From positions 13,741 through 77,740 of IMG/VR virus record IMGVR_UViG_3300017565_000001: a stretch of DNA of 64,000 nt; one strand, given 5' to 3'. Of this stretch, positions 53,495-61,923 are shown in pieces. Origin of the DNA: a virus (taxonomy: Duplodnaviria > Heunggongvirae > Uroviricota > Caudoviricetes). Each line of letters starts with the position of its first letter. The first letter of the stretch is position 1. The notes below the pieces were generated by a model that did not search any database, was not told where the DNA came from, and saw nothing but the letters and a program-made list of their open reading frames with translations. The position numbers were made by a program, and so were the translations under genes.

Positions 53495-53689
53495 ATGAAG
53501 ATCCCCAAGACAAAAATCAAGTGTACGGACAATGGCAGGGAAATGGATGTCGTGGTCTACAGCAAGACTGATGAACGTCTGGTCGTGGTGGTTGGCGAAA
53601 GCCGTATCACGCTGGTCAAGAAGAACAACCAGTACGTGGGCAACATGGCTGGTCTGGAGTTCACGAGCTTTGGTAAGGAAACGTATTGA
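53495..53689 (+). CDS. small beta-rich protein
   Basis: TTGACT-17-TATCAT promoter at 53436; AAGGA SD. Confidence 0.7.
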   Translation: MKIPKTKIKCTDNGREMDVVVYSKTDERLVVVVGESRITLVKKNNQYVGNMAGLEFTSFGKETY

Positions 53690-54153
53690 TGCCACATCTG
53701 TTCTCTGATAACGACGGTGTACTGGCCGACTTTGAAACCGGCTTCGAGCAGGTGTTCGGTCGGAGCTTTTACGACACCCCAGCAAATGTGGCCTGGAAGC
53801 TGATCTACAAGGATCCTGACTTCTACTTCAAGCTGCCCATGATGGCCGGTGCTGAGAAATACTGGGCCACCATCTTACCCCAGAACCCAACCATCCTGAC
53901 TGGCTGCCCCACGGCGGGGTACGAAGCGGCTGCGGATGCAAAGCGTCGTTGGATCGCCAAGTACCTGGGTTCCGATGTTCCGGTTATCACCTGCTACTCG
54001 CGCAACAAGCCGGACCACATGACGGCGCCGGGTGACGTCCTGATCGATGACCACGAAAAGAACACAAGCAAGTGGGTGGCTCATGGTGGACATGGCATCC
54101 TGCTTGTCGATCATGATCAAGCACTTGCTGAGTTGGCTGAATATCTGAAATAA
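53689..54153 (+). CDS. HAD-family 5'(3')-deoxyribonucleotidase
   Basis: DNDGVLADF, ILTG, K..W, K, LIDD. Confidence 0.85.
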   Translation: MPHLFSDNDGVLADFETGFEQVFGRSFYDTPANVAWKLIYKDPDFYFKLPMMAGAEKYWATILPQNPTILTGCPTAGYEAAADAKRRWIAKYLGSDVPVITCYSRNKPDHMTAPGDVLIDDHEKNTSKWVAHGGHGILLVDHDQALAELAEYLK

Positions 54154-54212
54154 ATATCGTCGACACGAATGATGGTGCCATTAATGGCACCATCATTCAT
54201 TGGGGACATATT

Positions 54213-54842
54213 GTGAGTTTGGCGAAAAACCTTTTAATGGCCGCTGCATCCAAAGCAGAAATATCAACCGGATTATTAATTGATGGGTGGACGGGGATTC
54301 CCACAACATCAAGTGGCGTCACGGTATCGGGTGGAGTTTACAGTTTAGCTGGATCGAATCAGATAGACTATATTCGTATTCCATACCTTGGAACCCCAGA
54401 CATTTCGAGTACCGATTACGTTACTGAAATCACAATTGATTTCCAAGTCAATGCCATATCAAATGGCAGTGGTTCACCAAACATGGTGCTGGCGTCAAGG
54501 TACAAGCAAGGATCGACCAATGACCCGGCTTCTTGGTTGATTTTCATTGATTCAGCAACTAGAACAATTCGCTTCAGTTATAACAACCTGGGGGTTGTTT
54601 CATCTGGTGTTATAGCCTATGGAACTCGCCACATCCTAAAGTTGACTAGACTTGGTGGAGTCTACTATATGTACCTGGATGACTCATTGATTCTCACAAC
54701 CAACTATCCGGGAAATCGTTATGCCACCTGGGACTGGGTGCTTGGATCATATTTGACGCAAACCAATCAGGTCATCACAGCATCATTTGCCGCATGGGCT
54801 AATTGGCAGTTGTTCAGTTTTCGTGCTAAGAGAGTGACTTAA
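54213..54842 (+). CDS. ConA/LamG-like lectin-domain virion protein
   Basis: ATAAATA at 54150; beta-sandwich with RHILKLTRLGG..YMYLDD. Confidence 0.6.
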   Translation: MSLAKNLLMAAASKAEISTGLLIDGWTGIPTTSSGVTVSGGVYSLAGSNQIDYIRIPYLGTPDISSTDYVTEITIDFQVNAISNGSGSPNMVLASRYKQGSTNDPASWLIFIDSATRTIRFSYNNLGVVSSGVIAYGTRHILKLTRLGGVYYMYLDDSLILTTNYPGNRYATWDWVLGSYLTQTNQVITASFAAWANWQLFSFRAKRVT

Positions 54843-54953
54843 ATGAAATGGCTAGGCATCGTCCTAGCCATTCTTACATTTGGCATGTTGCTTTTCATCT
54901 GCTTTGCTGTAAATTGTTTGGCTAGAGTTTCTTACTTTGGCAAAACAATATGA
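54843..54953 (+). CDS. 36-aa membrane peptide
   Basis: [23 protein letters not shown]...; ATGA overlap with guaC. Confidence 0.45.
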   Translation: MKWLGIVLAILTFGMLLFICFAVNCLARVSYFGKTI

Positions 54954-56203
54954 AAATCGAAAACGAAATTAAGCTTGATTTCAAAGACGTTCTGTTCAAG
55001 CCCAAGCGTTCTGACCTTGATAGCCGTAAGGATGTTGATCTCATCCGCGAATTCACGTTTCCACACTCAGGCCATTACTGGCGTGGTGTTCCTATCATCG
55101 CTGCCAACATGGATACCGTCGGTACCTTGGATATGCACTATGCGCTATCCAAGCACCAGATGATGACCGCTTTGCACAAGCATCAATGGTCCCTAGAGGA
55201 TCACTTCATGGGTGGGCTGGTTCCACCCACCGACCCAAGCAAGTTTGCAGAATTCTACCTGGAGATTGAACAGCATCAAAGGAATGCTCTGGGAATCCCA
55301 TTGAGTAATCGTGGTGATTATGAGCCCAACAAGGCCACTAATAGCCAGTATTCCTTTTACTCCATGGGACGGACTCATGAGGACTATGCAAAGTTCCAAG
55401 CTCTTTATCTGTCCCTCATGCAGAAAACTGGCATCATCAAAACTGGTGATTTCCACTTACATCCGCTCAAATTCGTATGCATCGATGTCGCCAATGGATA
55501 CACGGCTTCCTTCTTGAAATTCGTTGAATCCTTCCGTAAGCAATTCCCCCATGTCACCCTCATGGCTGGCAATGTCGTGACTGCTGATGTCACCCACGAT
55601 CTCATCAGTGCTGGAGTGGACATCGTCAAGGTGGGCATCGGGCCTGGTTCTGTTTGCACGACTCGCAAGATGACCGGTGTTGGTTATCCCCAATTGTCTG
55701 CTGTCATTGAATGTGCGGAAGCCGCTCATGCGGCGGGTGGACTCATCTGTTCTGATGGTGGGTGTACAGTGCCTGGTGATGTCGCGAAAGCATTTGGGGC
55801 CGGTGCTGACTTCGTAATGCTGGGTGGTATGCTGGCTGGTCATGACCAATCGGGTGGAGACATCATTTCTGAATGGCATGAAACCACCCAGATCATTCGT
55901 GATAACGGGGCGGCTATTGGCAACCTTCACGAGGAACGTAAGTTCAAAGAGTTCTATGGTATGAGTTCTGACACTGCCATGAACAAGCACAATGGAGGGG
56001 TGGCAGAGTATCGTGCATCAGAGGGTAAGACCGTGAGGGTTCCTTATCGGGGAGACGTGCAGGCGACCATCCAGGGGATCCTAGGGGGTCTTCGCAGCAC
56101 TTGTACCTATGTGGGGGCTGCCAGACTCAAAGACCTCACGAAGGTCACCACATTCATTCGCGTCACCCAACAAATCAACGAAGTCTTCGGAAAGTCACAA
56201 TGA
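54950..56203 (+). CDS. guaC: GMP reductase
   Basis: [58 protein letters not shown]; no CBS domain. Confidence 0.93.
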   Translation: MKIENEIKLDFKDVLFKPKRSDLDSRKDVDLIREFTFPHSGHYWRGVPIIAANMDTVGTLDMHYALSKHQMMTALHKHQWSLEDHFMGGLVPPTDPSKFAEFYLEIEQHQRNALGIPLSNRGDYEPNKATNSQYSFYSMGRTHEDYAKFQALYLSLMQKTGIIKTGDFHLHPLKFVCIDVANGYTASFLKFVESFRKQFPHVTLMAGNVVTADVTHDLISAGVDIVKVGIGPGSVCTTRKMTGVGYPQLSAVIECAEAAHAAGGLICSDGGCTVPGDVAKAFGAGADFVMLGGMLAGHDQSGGDIISEWHETTQIIRDNGAAIGNLHEERKFKEFYGMSSDTAMNKHNGGVAEYRASEGKTVRVPYRGDVQATIQGILGGLRSTCTYVGAARLKDLTKVTTFIRVTQQINEVFGKSQ

Positions 56204-56553
56204 TCCGCCTCCATGATGTAATCCCAGGTTTCGACTTTCACATCACGGGCGGTGGTTCCTACAACCAGGATTGTTTCCCTGGTGGTTGTTATTTGGATCT
56301 TTGTGATGGCTATGCTAATGTGGTGTATGAGCCAGATTCCAAACTTGTCTATTTGGTAAGTCTGGCCATTCATACGGACAACTATCTGATCTGGGTGAAT
56401 CCTGAGTATCAGGAAGCATGGCAGGCAATGATGGAGAATCCGGAAACCCGAATGGGTGATGAACACACAGTTGTCACTTACTGCGAACTTTCCAAAATCT
56501 GGGAAGTCGTTGAATTTGATCAAATGGCAAAACAACAACAATTAATCAAATGA
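56200..56553 (+). CDS. hypothetical protein
   Basis: ATGA coupling. Confidence 0.65.
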   Translation: MIRLHDVIPGFDFHITGGGSYNQDCFPGGCYLDLCDGYANVVYEPDSKLVYLVSLAIHTDNYLIWVNPEYQEAWQAMMENPETRMGDEHTVVTYCELSKIWEVVEFDQMAKQQQLIK

Positions 56554-57026
56554 TCAATTTGAATGGAAAACAGCTGAAGGTTGGCTTCACTGCTTCAGCT
56601 TTTGACCTCCTGCATGCCGGCCATATCAGTATGCTGGAAGAAGCCAAACAGCGGTGCGATTACCTGATTGTCGCATTGCAAAACGATCCCACGCTGGATC
56701 GACCCGAGAAGAACAAACCCGTTCAAAGCATTGTGGAACGATTCCTGCAAGTTGAAGCGGTGAAATACGTGGATCGAGTTCTGGTCTACAACACCGAGAA
56801 AGACCTTGAGGATCTTCTGCTGATGTTGCCGATTGATGTCAGGATCCTGGGTGATGAATACCAGGACAAGGCGTTCACTGGGCGTGACATCTGCGTGAAA
56901 CGTGGTATTGAGCTTTACTTCAACAAGCGTGAGCACTCGTTCAGCACGAGCGACCTCCGCAAGCGGGTCGAACATGCGCAGAAAAACAAAACCAGTAAGG
57001 AAGCTGGTATTGGGGGAAATCTCTAA
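56550..57026 (+). CDS. TagD-like (glycerol-3-phosphate) cytidylyltransferase
   Basis: FTASAFDLLHAGH (HxGH), NKPVQS..ER, VKYVD, FSTSDLR. Confidence 0.88.
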   Translation: MINLNGKQLKVGFTASAFDLLHAGHISMLEEAKQRCDYLIVALQNDPTLDRPEKNKPVQSIVERFLQVEAVKYVDRVLVYNTEKDLEDLLLMLPIDVRILGDEYQDKAFTGRDICVKRGIELYFNKREHSFSTSDLRKRVEHAQKNKTSKEAGIGGNL

Positions 57027-57609
57027 GATTCAAGACTGGGTTGGTGATGCGTTAAAGAATCAAAAGGGGAAGACAGTTGGTAAGATCGTTCAATCCCTGA
57101 ACGAAACTTGCCAGCTTCCCTATATGAGCTTTCATCAACAAAGAGCTTCAAATCTTAGTGATGCGGTGCTTGTCGCCGGGCTATGCCAATATGAAAAACG
57201 GCAAGCTGAGATCGACATTTACCTGCAATACAGTGAGTCTGTGGTTTCTTTCACCACACCGTTCAATCAGGATTTTCCCGTAAGGGTGGTTGCTACAATC
57301 CTACATGAGCTTACCCACAGGAAACAGTTCGGTAAATGGTGTGGTGATGAGATAAACCGAGAATCAACTGACAACAAAACTTACCTGAACGAACACATCG
57401 AAGTTGATGCCTTTGCCCTGGAGATCGCATATGAACTGTGGACAAAGAATAAGACATCAATACTTCGTGACATCGATAATCTGGATCCATATACCTGTCC
57501 GCACCTCACGGAATACAGGATTGAGTTTGGTAAATATCATCCCACATACAAGCGACTTATTAAGAAAATCGTTTTGAACTTAGCTGAGCTTGGTGTGGAT
57601 AAATTTTGA
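56974..57609 (+). CDS. HExxH zinc-metalloprotease-like protein
   Basis: ILHELTHRKQ ... EVDAFALE; start uncertain. Confidence 0.65.
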   Translation: MRRKTKPVRKLVLGEISKIQDWVGDALKNQKGKTVGKIVQSLNETCQLPYMSFHQQRASNLSDAVLVAGLCQYEKRQAEIDIYLQYSESVVSFTTPFNQDFPVRVVATILHELTHRKQFGKWCGDEINRESTDNKTYLNEHIEVDAFALEIAYELWTKNKTSILRDIDNLDPYTCPHLTEYRIEFGKYHPTYKRLIKKIVLNLAELGVDKF

Positions 57610-57701
57610 CATGGTGGTGATGTTCCGCCATAGTAATAATCAAAGGTCTCTAAACTCGCTCATCCCTTCCAATTCTGCGCGAACCAACTACAAGAAAACA
57701 A

Positions 57702-58265
57702 ATGACTGAACGTAACGTTTACCAACTCGAACTGCCTGAGGGCATGACGCCTGAACAAGTAAGTGCTCTGATTGATGACGTCAAGACTCGTATGACCAAG
57801 AAACCAGCCAAGTACGTAAGTACAAAGACTTATGGTGCCGAACGTGGTTTTGCGGTTGCTTATCGCCAATGGCGAGCTGACAGCCACTGCAACCTGATTC
57901 ACGGTTACTCTATGGGCTTTCACTTTGAATTCCAGAGCGAAGAACTGGACGTCCGTAACTGGGTGGTGGATTTTGGTTCACTGAAGACTCTGAAGGAAAA
58001 GCTGGAAGACTGGTTTGATCATACTTGTTTGGTGGCACAAGACGATCCTGAATTTGCAACCTTTGAGGAACTGCACAAGAAGGGCTTGATCAAGATGGTT
58101 GTCGTCGAACGAACGGGCTGCGAAGGTCTGGCAACTTTCCTGGCTGAATACATCCAGGATATCTGGATGGAAGAAAACGGTTACAAGGGCCGGGTTGAAC
58201 TCCGTAAGGTTGAGGTACGGGAAACCCCCAGCAACTCTGCTATGTGGCTGAACCCCAACTTGTAA
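57702..58265 (+). CDS. queD: 6-carboxy-tetrahydropterin synthase
   Basis: SHCNLIHGYS, VVDFG.LK, FDH, E.LA, VRETPSN.A. Confidence 0.88.
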   Translation: MTERNVYQLELPEGMTPEQVSALIDDVKTRMTKKPAKYVSTKTYGAERGFAVAYRQWRADSHCNLIHGYSMGFHFEFQSEELDVRNWVVDFGSLKTLKEKLEDWFDHTCLVAQDDPEFATFEELHKKGLIKMVVVERTGCEGLATFLAEYIQDIWMEENGYKGRVELRKVEVRETPSNSAMWLNPNL

Positions 58266-58341
58266 TCATCACTTGACGCCACATGGGAATAATATACCAT
58301 GTGGCGTCTTTGTACATTCAACCCTATAAGGAGAACAACAC

Positions 58342-59019
58342 TTGTTCGCAAACACCTCTGACAGCCGTGCGGTGCAACTGAACACCGCAATGAGCAAGGT
58401 TTACGGCTACATGAGCTTTGGCCTGTTGGTCACTGCTCTCGTGGCTTTCATCACGTCGCAATCACCGGCCATGATGGCTGCGATCTTCGGTACTCCACTC
58501 AAGTGGGTGGTACTGTTGTCCCCGCTGGTCTTCATCCTGATCATGAGCTTCGCGCTGGAGAAGCTCAGCCGAACGGCCCTGCAACTGTTGTTCGTCGCAT
58601 TCAGCACTGTGATGGGTCTGAGTATGAGCACGTTGCCTCATATCTACACGGGACTCAGCTTGTTCAGTACGTTCCTACTCACGGGTGGCCTGTTTGGTGC
58701 CATGTCCTTCTACGGTTACTTCACCAAGAAAGACCTGACGTCCTGGGGTCAACTGTTGTTCTGGGCTCTGATCGGCATCATCATTGCCATGGTCGTGAAC
58801 ATTTTCCTGGGTAGCTCCATGCTCAGCACGATCATCAGCATGGTTGCCGTTGTGGTGTTCCTGGGCCTGACCGCCTATGACACCCAGAAGATCCGTGAAA
58901 TGATGTGGGATGGTGATTCCGACGGCAAGGTCGCAATCATGGGCGCAGTCACCCTGTACCTGGACTTCATCAACCTGTTCATCCACCTGCTGAATCTGAT
59001 CGGCGTCAAGAAGGACTAA
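58342..59019 (+). CDS. Bax inhibitor-1/YccA family membrane protein
   Basis: Seven TM segments; KVYGYM, TKKDLT, YDTQKIR, GAVTLYLDFINLFIHLL. Confidence 0.92.
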   Translation: MFANTSDSRAVQLNTAMSKVYGYMSFGLLVTALVAFITSQSPAMMAAIFGTPLKWVVLLSPLVFILIMSFALEKLSRTALQLLFVAFSTVMGLSMSTLPHIYTGLSLFSTFLLTGGLFGAMSFYGYFTKKDLTSWGQLLFWALIGIIIAMVVNIFLGSSMLSTIISMVAVVVFLGLTAYDTQKIREMMWDGDSDGKVAIMGAVTLYLDFINLFIHLLNLIGVKKD

Positions 59020-59020
59020 C

Positions 59021-59491
59021 ATGCGCGTCTTCCTGGATACGGAGTTCACTGACTTCATCAACATGGACTTGATTTCCCTGGGGATGGTCAGTGAAAGCGG
59101 GGAGACGTTCTACGCTGAACACCAGGGGTATGAACGCTCCTGGTGTTCAGATTTCGTCCGACAGATTGTTATCCCACTGTTGGGTAAAGACCCCAAAGCC
59201 CAGTATGCCACACTGACTCGCATCAGGGATGAAGTGTTGGCGTATCTGGGAAAGTGGAAGGACGAGGGCGTGATTATCAGCGTGGATTACGCGGGTGACT
59301 GGAATTTGTTCCTGGACGTATTGGGTGACAAGCTTCCGGAATGGGTGAAGGGTGAACTAATTCGCCACCAGCTTGATGACGTTGCTGTCCGGCAGTATTA
59401 CGAATTGACTGGACTGCCCAATCATCATGCACTCAATGATGCATTGGCTAACAAGATGGGTTGGCGTCCGCCACCACCCGAAGAGCAATAA
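59021..59491 (+). CDS. DEDDh 3'-5' exo(ribo)nuclease
   Basis: FLDTEFT, D.AGDW, HHALNDA. Confidence 0.85.
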   Translation: MRVFLDTEFTDFINMDLISLGMVSESGETFYAEHQGYERSWCSDFVRQIVIPLLGKDPKAQYATLTRIRDEVLAYLGKWKDEGVIISVDYAGDWNLFLDVLGDKLPEWVKGELIRHQLDDVAVRQYYELTGLPNHHALNDALANKMGWRPPPPEEQ

Positions 59492-59492
59492 C

Positions 59493-59520
59493 AAAAGGGG
59501 AGCATTTCTGCTCCCCTTTT
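59493..59520. terminator. bidirectional terminator, GGGGAG/CTCCCC family
   Basis: AAAAGGGGAGCA-TTTC-TGCTCCCCTTTT between convergent genes. Confidence 0.85.
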
Positions 59521-60090
59521 CTACGACCTCTCAGTAATCTCCACAATATCCTGCGAGTTCATGAGTCTGAATAACACCAGATCCCTTACCTCGTGACAAT
59601 AGAACAGGTTCTTGTTCACGAACCATTCTCCAATCATCAATCCCTTGTAGGGGCTGGTATCAATTGGTTCCTTTACTCGCACCCGGTGCTCAAACTTGTG
59701 GTAAAATGGCCCCTTGTTCTTGGGCTTCACATCGACGATATTCCAGCATGACTCGTGGATAACCCGGATGGATTGAAACTCCAGCTTGTCACTCATGTAT
59801 CTGCGAATCGTTCCCAAAAGGGCAGGGTCGTCAGAGTACAGGTTAAAGTACAGGCCCTGTTGGCTAGTCACCAGCCTATGATCCGTACCCTTGGTAAGGC
59901 TCTGTAGATCATTCAGTATGTCGCTGTACTCTGTCCATAACGAAACGTCAGGGCTGCATAGAAGGGCCCAACGATATTGTCCAAAATACAAAGCACGTTT
60001 CACCAATTGGACGTTGCCCTCATCAATCAATTCATGATTGATAAAAGTTCGTACCGCTTTGTAAGTTCGTTGATTCCAAGAGAATTTCAT
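59521..60090 (-). CDS. FKL-motif family protein, long form
   Basis: LFYCHEVRDLVLFRL; TAG stop followed by a bidirectional terminator. Confidence 0.65.
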   Translation of the reverse strand: MKFSWNQRTYKAVRTFINHELIDEGNVQLVKRALYFGQYRWALLCSPDVSLWTEYSDILNDLQSLTKGTDHRLVTSQQGLYFNLYSDDPALLGTIRRYMSDKLEFQSIRVIHESCWNIVDVKPKNKGPFYHKFEHRVRVKEPIDTSPYKGLMIGEWFVNKNLFYCHEVRDLVLFRLMNSQDIVEITERS

Positions 60091-60252
60091 AATTCATTTT
60101 AGCACGGAAAATATTTCTTTCAAAACTCTTGATTGCTTGCCACTTGTATGTATCATGACGATATGGCAACAAATGTTGTCACAGCTGACAAGGGTAATGC
60201 GTTCACCTTTCTCAGTTAATCTCAAGAACGTTAGCCTCAATTTCAAAAGAAA

Positions 60253-60582
60253 ATGGCAAAGAAATCGTCTGCTCGTGGTGAACTCGAAAACTTCCTGAAT
60301 GGTCTGGGTCTGGATACCAAGCCCGCCATCCATGTAAACGGCAAGGACCATCCGACCGCCCTGGTCGTGGTTGACTTCGGTTACCCCACTCCTCCCGTCC
60401 GTCTGTCCCAAGAACAAAGCCAAGAACTCGGCGCCAAGCTTCGTCGCTTTGCCCGTGAACTGGTGTCCGATCAAGCCATCCAGCGCCTGAACTCGGAACA
60501 ATCTGTTCTGCGTGTGAACTCGGACAACTACCTGGGCGTCGTGTACTGGGTTGCTCTGCAACACAACCGCGAAGAAGCCTAA
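60253..60582 (+). CDS. hypothetical early protein
   Basis: TTGATT-16-TATCAT promoter; terminator 60604-60632. Confidence 0.75.
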   Translation: MAKKSSARGELENFLNGLGLDTKPAIHVNGKDHPTALVVVDFGYPTPPVRLSQEQSQELGAKLRRFARELVSDQAIQRLNSEQSVLRVNSDNYLGVVYWVALQHNREEA

Positions 60583-60645
60583 GCTGTAAGCTGAAGCTGG
60601 TACGAAGGGCGATGACTAAGTCATCGCCCTTCGTTCTGTTCAAAT

Positions 60646-61002
60646 TCAAAAGGACAATTTGAACAGAACAACACTTTCAGGATCAATGATTGATATTACG
60701 GTTCTGGTGCCGTAGCTATATCCCCATTTGGGATTTTTGAACTCCTGACTCATCACACGGTTTTGTATATTCCGCTCTAGCAAGTGGGCAACGAAATCAC
60801 CAAGCACCTGATCGTTCTTTTCACCCCAAGCAACGGCCAACAATACCACATCTTGGTTTACTCCCACATCAATTAGGAGCAGATCCAATTTATGAAGATC
60901 ACGCAAACCATGTGAAAACTTTTCATTTGCTGTTTCAAACCCTTGAGGTCTTGTGATTTGAATCACGTGACCTTTGATTGTGAATACTAGATCGTTATTC
61001 AT
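60646..61002 (-). CDS. FKL-motif family protein
   Basis: IIDPESVVLFKLSF*. Confidence 0.7.
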   Translation of the reverse strand: MNNDLVFTIKGHVIQITRPQGFETANEKFSHGLRDLHKLDLLLIDVGVNQDVVLLAVAWGEKNDQVLGDFVAHLLERNIQNRVMSQEFKNPKWGYSYGTRTVISIIDPESVVLFKLSF

Positions 61003-61270
61003 AACCCAGAATGCTCGTGTCGTTATTCCATGTCAGCTTGAACATCATTGCATCTTCGTCATTTGCGAAAAACAAAATGACTTCGTATCGAGAAGAGGCC
61101 TGGACTAATGGTTCGTACTTGACGTCGTATGGTGCCATGATATTGTGTTCATGAAACCAGAACACCACTTCAGGTCGCAATATGAAAGTCTTTCTGGCAT
61201 AACCAGGTCGTTCGGGGTCGTTTATCCATTTTGGTTGGATGAATTTGGGATGAATAGTAGCTTTAGCCAT
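60995..61270 (-). CDS. FKL-motif family protein
   Basis: VFWFHEHN ... FFANDEDAMMFKLTW. Confidence 0.75.
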   Translation of the reverse strand: MAKATIHPKFIQPKWINDPERPGYARKTFILRPEVVFWFHEHNIMAPYDVKYEPLVQASSRYEVILFFANDEDAMMFKLTWNNDTSILGYE

Positions 61271-61625
61271 GTTTCAATTTCAACATCATGATTTCATTAG
61301 AATCGTCAACTACGAATGAAAGGATTGGGTTACTCGTAACACCTAAACCGTCATTGATTCCGGGAATCACCTCAGTGCGGCATTGAGCCCAATGTTCGGC
61401 TAATATGTTACCAACGGCAGTTTCTGAATAGTGCCGAGATTTCATTACCACATACCTGAGAATATTGGGATCATCGCTAACGTTCACGATACAGAATGAT
61501 GCCGCTGTCAATTGTCGATAACCGATATGACGTCGATAGGTGGACAACATTGTAATTCGATCTGCTGGTAGTGGATGACATACTAGCAGCACACCCTCGG
61601 GAGTATCAACCAGATAGAAAGTCAT
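61263..61625 (-). CDS. FKL-motif family protein
   Basis: VDDSNEIMMLKLK. Confidence 0.65.
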   Translation of the reverse strand: MTFYLVDTPEGVLLVCHPLPADRITMLSTYRRHIGYRQLTAASFCIVNVSDDPNILRYVVMKSRHYSETAVGNILAEHWAQCRTEVIPGINDGLGVTSNPILSFVVDDSNEIMMLKLKHG

Positions 61626-61882
61626 TCCAAATAATCCTCTGGGATCCATTTAAGTTTGAACATCATCGCATCAGTATCCGAGGCAAACAGGAAAGACACT
61701 TTCTCGTGCTTGCTCCATCGACCATTTCTTGGCATGTACATGACCGATGGCTTTTCAATACCATGCTCAATGAACCACGATTGCATGACTAAAGATAGAA
61801 TAAAGGTCTTTTCAAACTGACCTTCGCCACTAGTCATCCAATCATAAACGACGCAACGAGGATCTACTAATACTTCTACCAT
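61622..61882 (-). CDS. FKL-motif family protein
   Basis: QSWFIEHG ... FLFASDTDAMMFKLKW. Confidence 0.75.
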   Translation of the reverse strand: MVEVLVDPRCVVYDWMTSGEGQFEKTFILSLVMQSWFIEHGIEKPSVMYMPRNGRWSKHEKVSFLFASDTDAMMFKLKWIPEDYLE

Positions 61883-61923
61883 AGAAAGGGCCACCTTCTG
61901 TTATGGAAGGCAGCCCCGAGGTA

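Larger units (their letters stand above)
1255..54156 (+). promoter_or_regulatory. dispersed T4-late-like promoter motif (A/C/T/G)TAAATA, about 16 intergenic or near-start copies
   Basis: At 1255, 4634, 8729, 9215, 9643 (TATAAATA), 11599, 13157, 14494, 15008, 18650, 23503, 34016, 35958, 40249, 51473, 54150; each 20-90 bp before a start codon. Confidence 0.75.
6693..60156 (+). promoter_or_regulatory. dispersed near-consensus sigma70 early promoters TTGAC-N16/17-TA(T/C)CAT/TAGAAT/CATAAT
   Basis: -35 boxes at 6693, 19734, 27886, 28288, 30938, 32062, 32799, 39119, 40481, 41247, 47386, 47936, 53436, 57606, 58273, 60129. Confidence 0.75.

Noticed and set aside
54848-54871. ATGGCTAG...CTAGCCAT hairpin as an operator
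   Set aside because: It lies within a plausible 36-aa membrane ORF (54843-54953) coupled to guaC.
54950-56203. IMP dehydrogenase (guaB), or an intein in the insertion
   Set aside because: The DVANGY and ASEGK motifs and the N-terminus match GuaC; the insertion lacks intein Cys/Ser start and His-Asn end motifs.
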